Of a DNA stretch of 64,000 bases, positions 11,969-20,996 are shown piece by piece (the first letter of the stretch is position 1; every line of letters begins with the position of its first letter). The translations under genes were made by a program, and so were the position numbers. The stretch is taken from the IMG/VR virus record IMGVR_UViG_3300042485_000220; one strand, given 5' to 3'. Under the pieces are notes generated by a model, which did not search any database, was not told the origin of the DNA, and saw nothing but the letters and a program-made list of their open reading frames with translations. This stretch comes from an uncultured virus (IMG/VR IMGVR_UViG_3300042485_000220). Taxonomy: Duplodnaviria; Heunggongvirae; Uroviricota; Caudoviricetes; Crassvirales.

Positions 11969-12401
11969 ACTACAAAAAGTTACAGAAGATGCTCGCATGC
12001 CCATCAAGGGTAGCGAGCATGCTGCTTGCTATGATGTATATGCACATAGCATAACAGGAGCAAATAGTAAAAGATATGTAGGTCTTGGATTCAAGACTGA
12101 AATCCCTAAAGGATACAAGGGTATCATTGTGCCACGTAGTAACTTAACCAAATTTAATTGGATGTTAAATAACTCCTTTGGAGTTATTGACTCTGATTAT
12201 AGAGGTGAATGGATAGCTGTGTTCACAGCAATACCAGGACAAGAGTTTGCTGATGACTATCAAGAGTTTCCATATGGTGTAGGAGATAGAGTGGCACAAA
12301 TTTACTTTGAAGAAGTCTTGCCTATATCTTTTGATGTTGTGCCTGAGCTAGAGCAAACAGAAAGAGGTGAAGGAGGCTTTGGCTCAACAGGTTTGAAATG
12401 A
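11955..12401 (+). CDS. dut: Trimeric dUTPase
   Basis: PRSN, GVIDSDYRGE, GDRVAQ and RGEGGFGSTG motifs. Confidence 0.95.
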   Translation: MLKIKLQKVTEDARMPIKGSEHAACYDVYAHSITGANSKRYVGLGFKTEIPKGYKGIIVPRSNLTKFNWMLNNSFGVIDSDYRGEWIAVFTAIPGQEFADDYQEFPYGVGDRVAQIYFEEVLPISFDVVPELEQTERGEGGFGSTGLK

Positions 12402-12793
12402 ATGGGTGTAAGAAATGTGGCAAAAAGTGTGTGGGAGAATACTGCTTTTTGCACAAACCTAGAAAACCTTTGGCATCAAACAAGGGGTTCAAAGTGAAAG
12501 TACCTGAGAAACATCCTATTAATGACTTCAAACCAATGCAAGAATTCTTCTTAAAGATATGGAAGAAGAAGCTGCATTACTCAGAAGTTAGTATGGATTA
12601 TCTAGGTAAAGAACCTTTGACAGTATTCTTTCATCACATCCTACCAAAAAATAAATATCCTCAGGCAGCGTTTGATGAGGAAAACATCATACTTTTGACA
12701 TGGGAAGAACATGACCAGGTAGAGATGGACCCTACAAGGTATGAAGAAGTAAATAAAAGACGTGAACAATTAAAACAGAAGTACAATGTATAA
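12398..12793 (+). CDS. HNH-like/NinG-like nuclease
   Basis: N-terminal Cys cluster; FHHILPK...NIILLT..EH. Confidence 0.55.
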   Translation: MNGCKKCGKKCVGEYCFLHKPRKPLASNKGFKVKVPEKHPINDFKPMQEFFLKIWKKKLHYSEVSMDYLGKEPLTVFFHHILPKNKYPQAAFDEENIILLTWEEHDQVEMDPTRYEEVNKRREQLKQKYNV

Positions 12794-13232
12794 ATTATTA
12801 ATGGCTACGTTTGTTGTACTAATAGTGGGTATAACTTTATACTCAACTTGCACACCTAAAACAGGGGCTTTTTCACAGTCTAAGATAGTTTTTATAACAG
12901 GCTCTACCTTTGATATGGATGTCATAGTCTTAGTTACAGAAGATACAGCTTATGCTGCACAATATGTACGTGATAATTTAGACTCCACTGTGACTGGTAG
13001 AGACTTTGATGCAAGAGCTGTTACGTTTGGTCCTCAGGATGGTAAACCTATTATTATATGGTTGTCTGATGCAGAAGACAAAGGTGTAGTGGCACATGAA
13101 TTCTTTCATGCTACATTATACAAAATGTATTGGGCAGGTATGCAGCTTCATTCTGAAACAGAAGAAGCATTTGCATATGAATTACAATATTTAACAAATC
13201 AATTTTATAACCAAGTAAACAAAATACAATGA
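12786..13232 (+). CDS. Membrane-anchored or secreted zincin-like protein
   Basis: Hydrophobic N-terminus; AHEFFH...EEAFAY. Confidence 0.55.
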   Translation: MYKLLMATFVVLIVGITLYSTCTPKTGAFSQSKIVFITGSTFDMDVIVLVTEDTAYAAQYVRDNLDSTVTGRDFDARAVTFGPQDGKPIIIWLSDAEDKGVVAHEFFHATLYKMYWAGMQLHSETEEAFAYELQYLTNQFYNQVNKIQ

Positions 13233-13495
13233 GTTTATTCTTTTACACAAGAGAAGTAGATGGAAAGATCTACACAGACAGTTTCAATCTAAACAAAGTA
13301 ATTAGATCTATGCAAGTAGATGATAATAAAGTTATTCTTGTATTAGATGATCTTCATGAGCGTTCAGAAGATGCTCCAGACGTTGACCCTAAGACAGGTA
13401 AAGTGAGAGGACAAAAAAGACAACGTAATAGTTACCAAACAGAAATTACGTTACTTGATGAAAACGCAATTAAATTTAACAATTTAAACAAATAA
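13229..13495 (+). CDS. Hypothetical protein
   Basis: ATGA-coupled ORF. Confidence 0.65.
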   Translation: MSLFFYTREVDGKIYTDSFNLNKVIRSMQVDDNKVILVLDDLHERSEDAPDVDPKTGKVRGQKRQRNSYQTEITLLDENAIKFNNLNK

Positions 13496-13497
13496 TC

Positions 13498-13788
13498 ATG
13501 CCAAAGTTATTAGGAAACAGAATCTACTTAGAAATGCCTAAGGAAGATGAAGAAAGTAAATTAATTGTAGACGAGAACACTAAAGAAGCATTACAAAGAG
13601 AATTGCTTAATAAGATGTCTAGGTTAAAAGTGTTACAAGTGGGCACTGTTGTTACAGAAATTAAAGTGGGAGATTGGGTGTTAGTAGATCCAGCAGCTTT
13701 AAACAAAGCTACATTAGTTCCTATCTCTGAAGATGGTGAAGAACGTGTAATACTAGTATCACCATTTGATGTAATTCAAATCTGGTAA
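13498..13788 (+). CDS. GroES-like co-chaperonin
   Basis: 96 aa; LLGNRIYLE...KVLQVG...EIKVGDWVLV matches the Cpn10 pattern. Confidence 0.65.
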   Translation: MPKLLGNRIYLEMPKEDEESKLIVDENTKEALQRELLNKMSRLKVLQVGTVVTEIKVGDWVLVDPAALNKATLVPISEDGEERVILVSPFDVIQIW

Positions 13789-13789
13789 T

Positions 13790-14545
13790 ATGGACTATCC
13801 ATTTATATCATGCAAATGCATAACATATGGAAGAGTAGCCACGCTTGAGGAGAGCGTTGAGTCTTTCCTCAAGCAGGACTATCCTGCAGATAAATGTGAA
13901 CTCATCATAGTTAATGACTACCCTTTACAAACTCTTATATTTGAGCATCCTCGAATTAAGATAGTTAATTTGTTTGAGACATTCATTACCATAGGAGAGA
14001 AGGAAAACTATGCTACAGAATTGTGCCAAGGAGAAATTATATGTCAATGGGACGATGATGATGTAGCCCTACCAAACCATTTAAAAAATGTAGCTAAGTA
14101 TATGACAGAAGAAGTTAACATTCTCCATTGGGAGACAGGAGTCTTATGTCATGTCACAGGTATTGAAAATGTTGGTTGGATAGGTAACTCTGGTATTGTC
14201 TTTAGAAAATCAGCTTGGAAAGCTATAGGAGGACATCCTCTTGAAAATGCTGGATATGATATGACGTTTATAGAAACATTACATAAGCATGGAGGCAGAC
14301 TATTTGCCAAACCACCTAGAGAAGAAGCTAGCTGGTTCTATATGTGGGGAGGAAGAGGATATCACATGAGTGGACAAGGTCATGATAAACCTGGAAAACT
14401 CAATGCCATCCAAAGACATAGTGCCCATATTGAAACAGAAAGAGTTATGGGAAGAATTCCCACAGGGAATGTTCATCTTATTCCTTATTGGGAAAAGGAT
14501 TATATTAAAATGTTAAAAGACTTCTGTAATGAAAACAATACATAG
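13790..14545 (+). CDS. Glycosyltransferase family 2
   Basis: ISCKCITYGR, SFLKQDYP, ELIIVND and WDDDD motifs. Confidence 0.85.
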   Translation: MDYPFISCKCITYGRVATLEESVESFLKQDYPADKCELIIVNDYPLQTLIFEHPRIKIVNLFETFITIGEKENYATELCQGEIICQWDDDDVALPNHLKNVAKYMTEEVNILHWETGVLCHVTGIENVGWIGNSGIVFRKSAWKAIGGHPLENAGYDMTFIETLHKHGGRLFAKPPREEASWFYMWGGRGYHMSGQGHDKPGKLNAIQRHSAHIETERVMGRIPTGNVHLIPYWEKDYIKMLKDFCNENNT

Positions 14546-15023
14546 TACAGCTGTTATTGGCAATAATGTTACAATAGAGGACGATGTATACATAGGTCCT
14601 CATTGTATTATAGGAATGCCACCTGAATGGAAAGGAAAAGAGAATGAGAATAAAGGTGTTCTGATTAAAAGTGGTACTAGACTCACTGGAATGATTACTG
14701 TTGATTCAGGAGCAGAAAGACAAACTGTAATTGGTGAAAACTGTTATCTTATGAAACATGCTTATGTAGCTCATGATTGTATTCTTGGATCTAATGTAAC
14801 CATGAGTGCTGGTTCTAAATTAGCTGGATTTTGTACTGTAGGAGATAAAGTGAATCTTGGTATGGGAGCAGCTGTTCATCAAAAAACAACATTACCAGAA
14901 GGAATCATGGTTGGTATGAATAGTACAATTACTAAAAAAAGCAAACTTGAATCTTATCAAAAATATGCAGGGTCACCTGTAAAACACATAGGAAGCAATG
15001 ATGCAGCCAAGAATAACAATTAG
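14529..15023 (+). CDS. Hexapeptide-repeat acyltransferase (LpxA-like)
   Basis: IHSTAVIGNNVTIEDDVYIGPHCIIG, HAYVAHDC and AGSP motifs. Confidence 0.85.
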   Translation: MKTIHSTAVIGNNVTIEDDVYIGPHCIIGMPPEWKGKENENKGVLIKSGTRLTGMITVDSGAERQTVIGENCYLMKHAYVAHDCILGSNVTMSAGSKLAGFCTVGDKVNLGMGAAVHQKTTLPEGIMVGMNSTITKKSKLESYQKYAGSPVKHIGSNDAAKNNN

Positions 15024-15633
15024 TATGGCTTGTTATGGTAGACCTGAGAGAACCAAACGATCTATACAATGTATATTAGACCAAGATACTAATAATTGGG
15101 AAGCCTTTATAATGGGAGATTGTTGTCCAGATTTTCAAAAACTTATTGATAGTGGGTATTTACAATCTATTAAAGAGGAACAAGAGAAAAAAGGAAACAT
15201 CATTCACTTCTTCAATGCTGAAAAAAATGGAGGAGGGTGTGGATATAAATTAATTAACCATGCAATACAAAATGCTACAGGTAAATACTTTATATTCTAT
15301 GCAAACGATGATGTTATACTTAGTAATCATTTTAGTAATTACCTAGAAATAGAAAATACTGATTTAGATTATATGTTCTTTAATTCATGGATAGACCCTA
15401 TTGATAAAACTAGAGTGCCAAAGCTTGTTATTTGTGAAATAGGTCATAGTGAGATAATATTAACTACAGAACTAGCAAAACAATTACCAGAACATTCACC
15501 AATATATGGACACGATTGGGAATTTATAAACGCTATGTCAAAACAAGGAAAAGGTGAAAAATCAAAAAACAACATTTTATCTTATAGAGTTATGCATGTA
15601 CCAATGTTTGGTACAAATGATATAATAGACTAA
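14998..15633 (+). CDS. Glycosyltransferase family 2
   Basis: ITISMACYGR, Q...NWEAFIMGD, YANDDVI and GHDWEF motifs. Confidence 0.8.
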   Translation: MMQPRITISMACYGRPERTKRSIQCILDQDTNNWEAFIMGDCCPDFQKLIDSGYLQSIKEEQEKKGNIIHFFNAEKNGGGCGYKLINHAIQNATGKYFIFYANDDVILSNHFSNYLEIENTDLDYMFFNSWIDPIDKTRVPKLVICEIGHSEIILTTELAKQLPEHSPIYGHDWEFINAMSKQGKGEKSKNNILSYRVMHVPMFGTNDIID

Positions 15634-15634
15634 T

Positions 15635-15668
15635 AAAAAAAGCCTCCATTTCTGGGGGCTTTTCTTTT
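15635..15668. terminator. Bidirectional intrinsic terminator between convergent modules
   Basis: AAAAAAAGCCTCCA-TTTC-TGGGGGCTTTTCTTTT. Confidence 0.85.
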
Positions 15669-15876
15669 ATTTTGATAGTCTCTTTTGTTTAAGAGGCCAC
15701 ATTTTACTTCTCAATCTAAGCTTTGTATCAGCTTCCTTCATATAATTACCATCAACTGGTTTAGGAGGAGCCACCTTAGGTGCAGGTCTTGGTTTACCTG
15801 ATCCTTTAGCTTTACCTGCAGTCATTGGCTTTACTGACTTTGCTTGTTTAACGCTTACTTTAGATTTCATTAGCAA
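15667..15876 (-). CDS. Small Lys/Pro-rich basic protein
   Basis: Last gene of the basic-protein cluster; the true start is probably the internal ATG near 15870. Confidence 0.65.
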   Translation of the reverse strand: MLMKSKVSVKQAKSVKPMTAGKAKGSGKPRPAPKVAPPKPVDGNYMKEADTKLRLRSKMWPLKQKRLSK

Positions 15877-16382
15877 CCATTTTTACACTTACCACCCATC
15901 TTCATCACAGATTTGCCATACTTAGCTTTAGTTAAACCTACAGCTTTTGTATTTTTACCTTTGTAGTTTTTACCAATTATATCTTTGTAAGAACCTAATT
16001 GCATAGATAAGCCATCTTTCTTAGGAGCAGATAATATACCACCATTTTTCATCATCTTCTTAGGTGCTTTACCAGCTTTCTTCATAGCAATTGCAATAGC
16101 AGCTTGCTTAGCAGCTTTCTTGCCACCATTTTTCATCATTTCCATACCAGACATAGCTTTTTTCTTAGCACCTGCAATTCTATCTGCTTGTGTAGGGTTA
16201 GGGTTTTTGTCAATGCCAGCTTTCACTGATAACATACCAAATTCTCCACCAGATTTAGCTTTTTTAGTTTTTAATTTAGGTAATGAATCAAAACTTTTCT
16301 TATCAAAATTCATACCTTTTTTCATTGCTTCTTTAGGATCTTTTTTAGCCATTTTAGCCATACCATTTTGAGCTTTCTTCAT
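15870..16382 (-). CDS. Lys-rich basic protein with repeated (A/M)KxGG motifs
   Basis: KAQNG, KAKSGG, MKNGG (twice), KAKYG and MKMGG. Confidence 0.75.
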   Translation of the reverse strand: MKKAQNGMAKMAKKDPKEAMKKGMNFDKKSFDSLPKLKTKKAKSGGEFGMLSVKAGIDKNPNPTQADRIAGAKKKAMSGMEMMKNGGKKAAKQAAIAIAMKKAGKAPKKMMKNGGILSAPKKDGLSMQLGSYKDIIGKNYKGKNTKAVGLTKAKYGKSVMKMGGKCKNGC

Positions 16383-16400
16383 TTTTTATAATTTAATATT

Positions 16401-16946
16401 TTAACAATTCCATTTACGAAGTGATTTATTAATTCTGCTATTAGGATCATTAGCTGTCTTAGCAGATGTAAGTTTCTTTTTCATACCTGACATTCTAGAA
16501 CAGAAAGACTTACGTCTACTTGCTGCTTTAGAACCAGCTTTGAGCTTTGATGGTTTAGTTGTAACAGCTGTCTTTAGTTTGCTGCCTGGGTTAGCTCTTC
16601 TATAAGAAGCAACACCTTTAGCATTAAGACCTCCAGCTTCTGACTTACCTTCTTTGCGTTGCCATGCTGGTGTAGAACCACCAGATTTGTATTTGTTTAC
16701 CTTGTTCTTAGCTTCTAATTTTTTAGCAATAACTGAACCTCTTGATTTTGATTCAGGCATGTCAAACTCATCAAAAAAAGAAGGTCTTGATGTAGGCTTA
16801 GTTCTTTTCTCAATTGCTTTTGTCAAAGCTTTTTTAGCTTGCTGTTGTTCAACAGTTTTTACAGCAGATTTTTCTGCTTTCTTAACACCACTTTTAACTA
16901 CAGCTTTTACCAAACTTCCAAGTTGAGCTTTCTTAATTGTAGCCAT
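16401..16946 (-). CDS. Basic protein with DUF6321-like C-terminal domain
   Basis: AWQRKEGK..GGLN.KG..SYRRANPGSKL...RRKSFCSRM...RINKSLRKWNC. Confidence 0.7.
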   Translation of the reverse strand: MATIKKAQLGSLVKAVVKSGVKKAEKSAVKTVEQQQAKKALTKAIEKRTKPTSRPSFFDEFDMPESKSRGSVIAKKLEAKNKVNKYKSGGSTPAWQRKEGKSEAGGLNAKGVASYRRANPGSKLKTAVTTKPSKLKAGSKAASRRKSFCSRMSGMKKKLTSAKTANDPNSRINKSLRKWNC

Positions 16947-16948
16947 CT

Positions 16949-17461
16949 TTATTTCTTTTTACCTTTGTATTTGTAATCAGGATTATCTTTGTGCCATTTC
17001 TTTGTAGAAGCTACACCCTGTTTAATAGTCTTGGCTCTTCCAATCTTTGTAAGATCTATTGTGTCCCACTTGCCTTTGTCTTTAGTAGGATGGTTAACCA
17101 TAATGTTACCCTTCTTACCTTTTCCAATACCTGTAGGACTAGTCTTTTTATATACAACATGTTTCTCTCCACCAGCCATTACTTTTACCTTCCCTCCATC
17201 TTCCATGGTTTTTTTAACACAGTTGTTAACTGTTCTACCACCTTTCTTCTTTGTACCCTTCTTTACATAACCTGTCCAACATTTTATCTTACCACCATTC
17301 TTTAATGCTGTACCATCTTTTTTAATTAGATGACCATTAGGAACAGGGGTAATAGAACCTTTGATAGAAGTTAGAGTGTCCCCATTTCTAAGAACTCTTT
17401 TACCTACATAAGCTTCTGCTTTCTGTGGGTTGTAAACTTTTGTCTTAGGTATTCTAGCCAT
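16949..17461 (-). CDS. Lys-rich basic protein
   Basis: CWTGY..KG.KKKGGRTV.NCVK module; KNGG and EDGG motifs. Confidence 0.7.
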   Translation of the reverse strand: MARIPKTKVYNPQKAEAYVGKRVLRNGDTLTSIKGSITPVPNGHLIKKDGTALKNGGKIKCWTGYVKKGTKKKGGRTVNNCVKKTMEDGGKVKVMAGGEKHVVYKKTSPTGIGKGKKGNIMVNHPTKDKGKWDTIDLTKIGRAKTIKQGVASTKKWHKDNPDYKYKGKKK

Positions 17462-17463
17462 GA

Positions 17464-17877
17464 CTATTTAGCTTTACGCTTAGCAGCAATCTTTTTGAAT
17501 GTCTTCGCTAATGCTTTGGCACGTCCTGTACAACCAGGCTTAGTGATAGGAGTGCATTTGCCTTCTGTACCTCTAGCCTTAATAGACTTAGATACTTTCT
17601 GCATCCACTTACCATCTTTAGCCTTACCACCATTTTTCATTCCAGCCAACTTCTTTAAGTCTATAGGATCAATGTCCTTAGCTCTTACAGAATCTGCAGG
17701 ATTGTTTTTAATATTAAACAAGTTTCTATTTCTTGCTGCACTTTCAACAGGACCAGTAGTTTTATAGTATCTAGGACCATCTTTTGTATTAGTCTTAGTA
17801 ACTACATTATAGCCTTTAGCATCTTTGTAGACACTTTCACCATACTGAGCTTTCTTAGTTTTCTTAACTGTTGGCAT
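17464..17877 (-). CDS. Lys-rich basic protein
   Basis: KAQYG, MKNGG and KWMQ...RAKALAKTFKK. Confidence 0.7.
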   Translation of the reverse strand: MPTVKKTKKAQYGESVYKDAKGYNVVTKTNTKDGPRYYKTTGPVESAARNRNLFNIKNNPADSVRAKDIDPIDLKKLAGMKNGGKAKDGKWMQKVSKSIKARGTEGKCTPITKPGCTGRAKALAKTFKKIAAKRKAK

Positions 17878-17878
17878 G

Positions 17879-18217
17879 TTATTTCTTTTTACCCATCTTT
17901 AACTTAGGAGCCATTTCACCACTACGTTTTTCTATTAATTCAGATTCACGCTTTAACGCTGCATTTCTGAATGTAGCTGGATTCATTTCTTTGTAAGCTG
18001 GAGTCTTCTTATCAAGACCATAAGACTTTTCAGAACGTCCCATACTAGTAGCACCAAGTTCTTTATCTCTAGTTAACTTAGCTTTGCTTCTAGCACCTGC
18101 TAGGGTAGCCTCTTGAACTTTAGTCCAAGCACCATTAGGATCTACAGGACCTACACGCTTATCAGAAGCTTTCAATCCTGACATACTACCCATTGAGTCT
18201 TTTTTTACCTTTGCCAT
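17879..18217 (-). CDS. Basic hypothetical protein
   Basis: Tightly packed within the cluster. Confidence 0.7.
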   Translation of the reverse strand: MAKVKKDSMGSMSGLKASDKRVGPVDPNGAWTKVQEATLAGARSKAKLTRDKELGATSMGRSEKSYGLDKKTPAYKEMNPATFRNAALKRESELIEKRSGEMAPKLKMGKKK

Positions 18218-18366
18218 TATTTTTTTGTTTTAGCTTTTATTTTCTTTTCTTGTTTCAACATAGCAGCTGTAGGCTTCTTTCCAGATCCTTTAGCAGCTCT
18301 AATGTTATCCCAAAGACCACGCTGTGAAACAGAGCCATCTTTACGTTTAATCATTTCCTTTGCCAT
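18217..18366 (-). CDS. 49-aa basic protein not in the ORF track
   Basis: MAKEMIKRKDGSVSQRGLWDNIRAAKGSGKKPTAAMLKQEKKIKAKTKK; TAATG coupling at both ends. Confidence 0.75.
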   Translation of the reverse strand: MAKEMIKRKDGSVSQRGLWDNIRAAKGSGKKPTAAMLKQEKKIKAKTKK

Positions 18367-18632
18367 TATAAACTAGATTTATTTTCTGGAAGCTCTACCA
18401 CTACACCAGCTTCAACTGCAGCAGCCAATGTCTCTTCAAGAACATCTCCTGCTTGTTTAGCTAATAAAATAGTTTGTGCTTCCTTTGTATTAATAACTGC
18501 ACGCATTGCGTTTAATAACATTCCAAAGTCACCACCATCTAATACAAACTGAGCGTTCATGTCCCATGTGTACTTTTTGTTTGGATCAAACTTAGGACCT
18601 TGTTGTTGTTGTAAATCAATAATCTCTGCCAT
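18366..18632 (-). CDS. Hypothetical protein
   Basis: 88 aa; lies downstream of a promoter motif. Confidence 0.7.
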   Translation of the reverse strand: MAEIIDLQQQQGPKFDPNKKYTWDMNAQFVLDGGDFGMLLNAMRAVINTKEAQTILLAKQAGDVLEETLAAAVEAGVVVELPENKSSL

Positions 18633-18656
18633 ATAATTATATTTTTGGTTTAGTCA

Positions 18657-18689
18657 CAAAGATATGGAAAAAATTACACATTTTCCAAA
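18657..18689 (-). promoter_or_regulatory. Bacteroidota sigma-A promoter
   Basis: TTTG (18689-18686), 21-nt spacer, TATCTTTG (18664-18657). Confidence 0.7.
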
Positions 18690-18964
18690 TTTATTTCAAA
18701 TGTTATAGTTGCTGAACTTTTAATGCTTTTAGACAGATTCAGTCTAATCTTGAACATATTATGAAACTTTAAGATTTCTTCTAGCAATAATTCATTGTAC
18801 ATAGGTAATGAAGGTGCCAATCTAAAGTGATACGAATTAGGATTCTTAGTAATCTCTAACGTAGATAGTTCATCAACTGAGGATATAATTCCCTCAAGGT
18901 GTGCAAAATAAGCAAGTTCATTATCTTGCATCACCTGAGGAAAAAATTTCTTGTTAATTTGCAT
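18674..18964 (-). CDS. Hypothetical protein
   Basis: Coupled to the Dps-like gene by TAATG. Confidence 0.65.
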   Translation of the reverse strand: MQINKKFFPQVMQDNELAYFAHLEGIISSVDELSTLEITKNPNSYHFRLAPSLPMYNELLLEEILKFHNMFKIRLNLSKSIKSSATITFEINLENV

Positions 18965-19368
18965 TAAGACAAGGTTAATAAGTATTTAGTTTTTGCTGCT
19001 TCACCACTTAGGGCATCAGCTAAATTGGCTATATCATGATAGCTGTTTGATTCAGCATATCTCTTTAAGTTACTAGCAAAGTCCATTAGTGCTGTGACAA
19101 CTGCATTAGGATCTGTAGCTGTTAATTGTTCTAGTTTAATTGCACCAGGACGTTTACCTGTATAACCCATAAGCTTCTCAACAACACCATCTTTAAAATC
19201 TTGAACATATTCATATATCTTTCCAAGAGCTTTATGTTGAGCATAACTCTTTGTTTGCCAATGCAATAGATGTAGTTGCTCATGAAAATATGTAAGCTTC
19301 CCAGCTATTGTTTCCAAGTTTAATTCTCCTGATTTCATCATCTCATCAGGGAATAGTGATTTTGCCAT
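18964..19368 (-). CDS. Ferritin/Dps-like protein (DUF5856-like)
   Basis: QLHLLHWQTKSYAQHKALGKIYE..D..VE...KYLLTL. Confidence 0.75.
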   Translation of the reverse strand: MAKSLFPDEMMKSGELNLETIAGKLTYFHEQLHLLHWQTKSYAQHKALGKIYEYVQDFKDGVVEKLMGYTGKRPGAIKLEQLTATDPNAVVTALMDFASNLKRYAESNSYHDIANLADALSGEAAKTKYLLTLS

Positions 19369-19383
19369 TGTAGTTGGTTTTTA

Positions 19384-19614
19384 TTATCCAGGACTAGTTG
19401 TTGTTGTAGTTGTGGTACTAGTGCTAGTGCTAGTGCTAGTAGATGATGTAGTCGTAGTAGTTGTTGGAACATAGTTACAACACTCGTTTGCATCAATCTC
19501 TTGCCAGTTACCCACCTTTGGTTTGAATCTTTGTAGTATTAAACTACCTGCTATGACACGTCCTGTACCATCGTAACGTACATAGGCTTTTAATCTATTG
19601 TTGCTATTTGCCAT
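19384..19614 (-). CDS. Small protein with Thr/Ser-rich tail (paralog 1)
   Basis: LKAYVRYDGTGR..SLIL...PKVG.W.EI...ECCNYVP followed by a poly-T/S tail. Confidence 0.8.
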   Translation of the reverse strand: MANSNNRLKAYVRYDGTGRVIAGSLILQRFKPKVGNWQEIDANECCNYVPTTTTTTSSTSTSTSTSTTTTTTTSPG

Positions 19615-19626
19615 GTTTATTTAAGT

Positions 19627-19812
19627 TTAAGTAGGTTGAGTAGTAGTTGTAGTTGTAGTAGGAACGTAATTGCAGCATTCATAAGCTGGGATTTCTACCC
19701 ACTTACCCACTTTTGGTTTCTTCCTTCTTAGAATTAGGCTACTTGGAACGATTCTTCCAGTACCATCAAAGCGTACATAAGCTTTGAGAGGGCGATTAGT
19801 ATTCTGGGCCAT
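19627..19812 (-). CDS. Small protein with Thr-rich tail (paralog 2)
   Basis: Same head domain as 19384-19614. Confidence 0.8.
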   Translation of the reverse strand: MAQNTNRPLKAYVRFDGTGRIVPSSLILRRKKPKVGKWVEIPAYECCNYVPTTTTTTTQPT

Positions 19813-19814
19813 AA

Positions 19815-20831
19815 TTAATAATTTATATTATATTTGTTTTTTATTTCTATTAGTTGTTGAGTGTAGTAATGATTAGCATGTTTTTTAGTAGTCTCATCAC
19901 TAAGCACTTTTAGTATGTGTGTATCTAGAAAAGGATCTTTACCAGTGTGATATGCTCCTTTATAGAAAGCAGGGTAACCCATTGTGTTCTGTCCTGTAAT
20001 ACCTGCGTTATGTAATATAGTTGTTCTATCTAGTTTCTCTATAGGATCTGAAGACCAACAGAATTCCATCTCAGGAATGTTCTTTGTCTCTTGTTCTCTA
20101 AGCCAAATGTTCCATAACACAGCCCACATATCTGCACACCAGCTTTGGAAACCTTTGTCTTCATTTTTGAAGAACTCTTTGTTTATGTTCTGAAGGTATA
20201 CACGAATCAAAACACAATCATTCATAACCTTCTTCCAGAAGTTAGCATCTATGTTCTTAAGGAAGTATTGAGCTCCTCCTGAGTGATCATTGTTAGCTTC
20301 AGCTATCTCTCTTGTTATACCCACTAAGCTTGTAAGCTCAGCTAAGACGTCTCTAGTTTGGTATTCTTCCACCTTATCAAATAAGACATCTTTTAATTTA
20401 CTATCAAAATATGAAGCATTGATGTAGCTGTTTGTGTCAGATAGATAGTTTATATCATCATCTTTAAACTTGTCAACATCAAATTTATCTGTAAAGATTA
20501 CGTCACAATCACAGTAAAACACTGCTTTGGTAACCATATCAGGATTGTCTTGGAAATATCTCATCAAGCAGTAAGGACGTAGAATAGGAATATAAACTCC
20601 TAAATACTGACTTACGTCTCCTGAATCCTTGTAGAAAGCAAACTTTGCTTCAGGATACAGTTCCATGATCTTCTCCCACTTTCCATTGTATTCTCTAAAA
20701 CTAGGTGTATACACTAAGACAATTGCCTTGTCTGAGTGTCCAAGCTTCTTTAAGCTTTCCAACCATAGATGTACCTGCCATGTGTAGTAGACATCATCTG
20801 GCTGTGCACAGATAAATTTAAGATCCTTCAT
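19815..20831 (-). CDS. GT-A glycosyltransferase resembling the HPAT / peptidyl-serine galactosyltransferase fold
   Basis: YYTWQ..LW..S, LRPY, DCD (DxD), GGAQY, WCADMWA and HNAG motifs. Confidence 0.6.
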   Translation of the reverse strand: MKDLKFICAQPDDVYYTWQVHLWLESLKKLGHSDKAIVLVYTPSFREYNGKWEKIMELYPEAKFAFYKDSGDVSQYLGVYIPILRPYCLMRYFQDNPDMVTKAVFYCDCDVIFTDKFDVDKFKDDDINYLSDTNSYINASYFDSKLKDVLFDKVEEYQTRDVLAELTSLVGITREIAEANNDHSGGAQYFLKNIDANFWKKVMNDCVLIRVYLQNINKEFFKNEDKGFQSWCADMWAVLWNIWLREQETKNIPEMEFCWSSDPIEKLDRTTILHNAGITGQNTMGYPAFYKGAYHTGKDPFLDTHILKVLSDETTKKHANHYYTQQLIEIKNKYNINY

Positions 20832-20857
20832 ATATGTAGTTTGTTGGTTTCTCTTTG

Positions 20858-20995
20858 TTAAGGAGCAGGTGTGGTAGTTGTAGTAGTAGTCCCACCTTTA
20901 TATAATATACCTGTAAGGTATTCCAATTGCTTAGATATTTGCCAAAGCAATTTAGATTTTTGACTCCAGCCTATTTGTTGTGAAGGTATTGCCAT
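20858..20995 (-). CDS. 45-aa Thr-tailed protein not in the ORF track
   Basis: [45 protein letters not shown]; paralogous to the N-terminus of 20997-21845. Confidence 0.8.
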   Translation of the reverse strand: MAIPSQQIGWSQKSKLLWQISKQLEYLTGILYKGGTTTTTTTPAP

Positions 20996-20996
20996 T

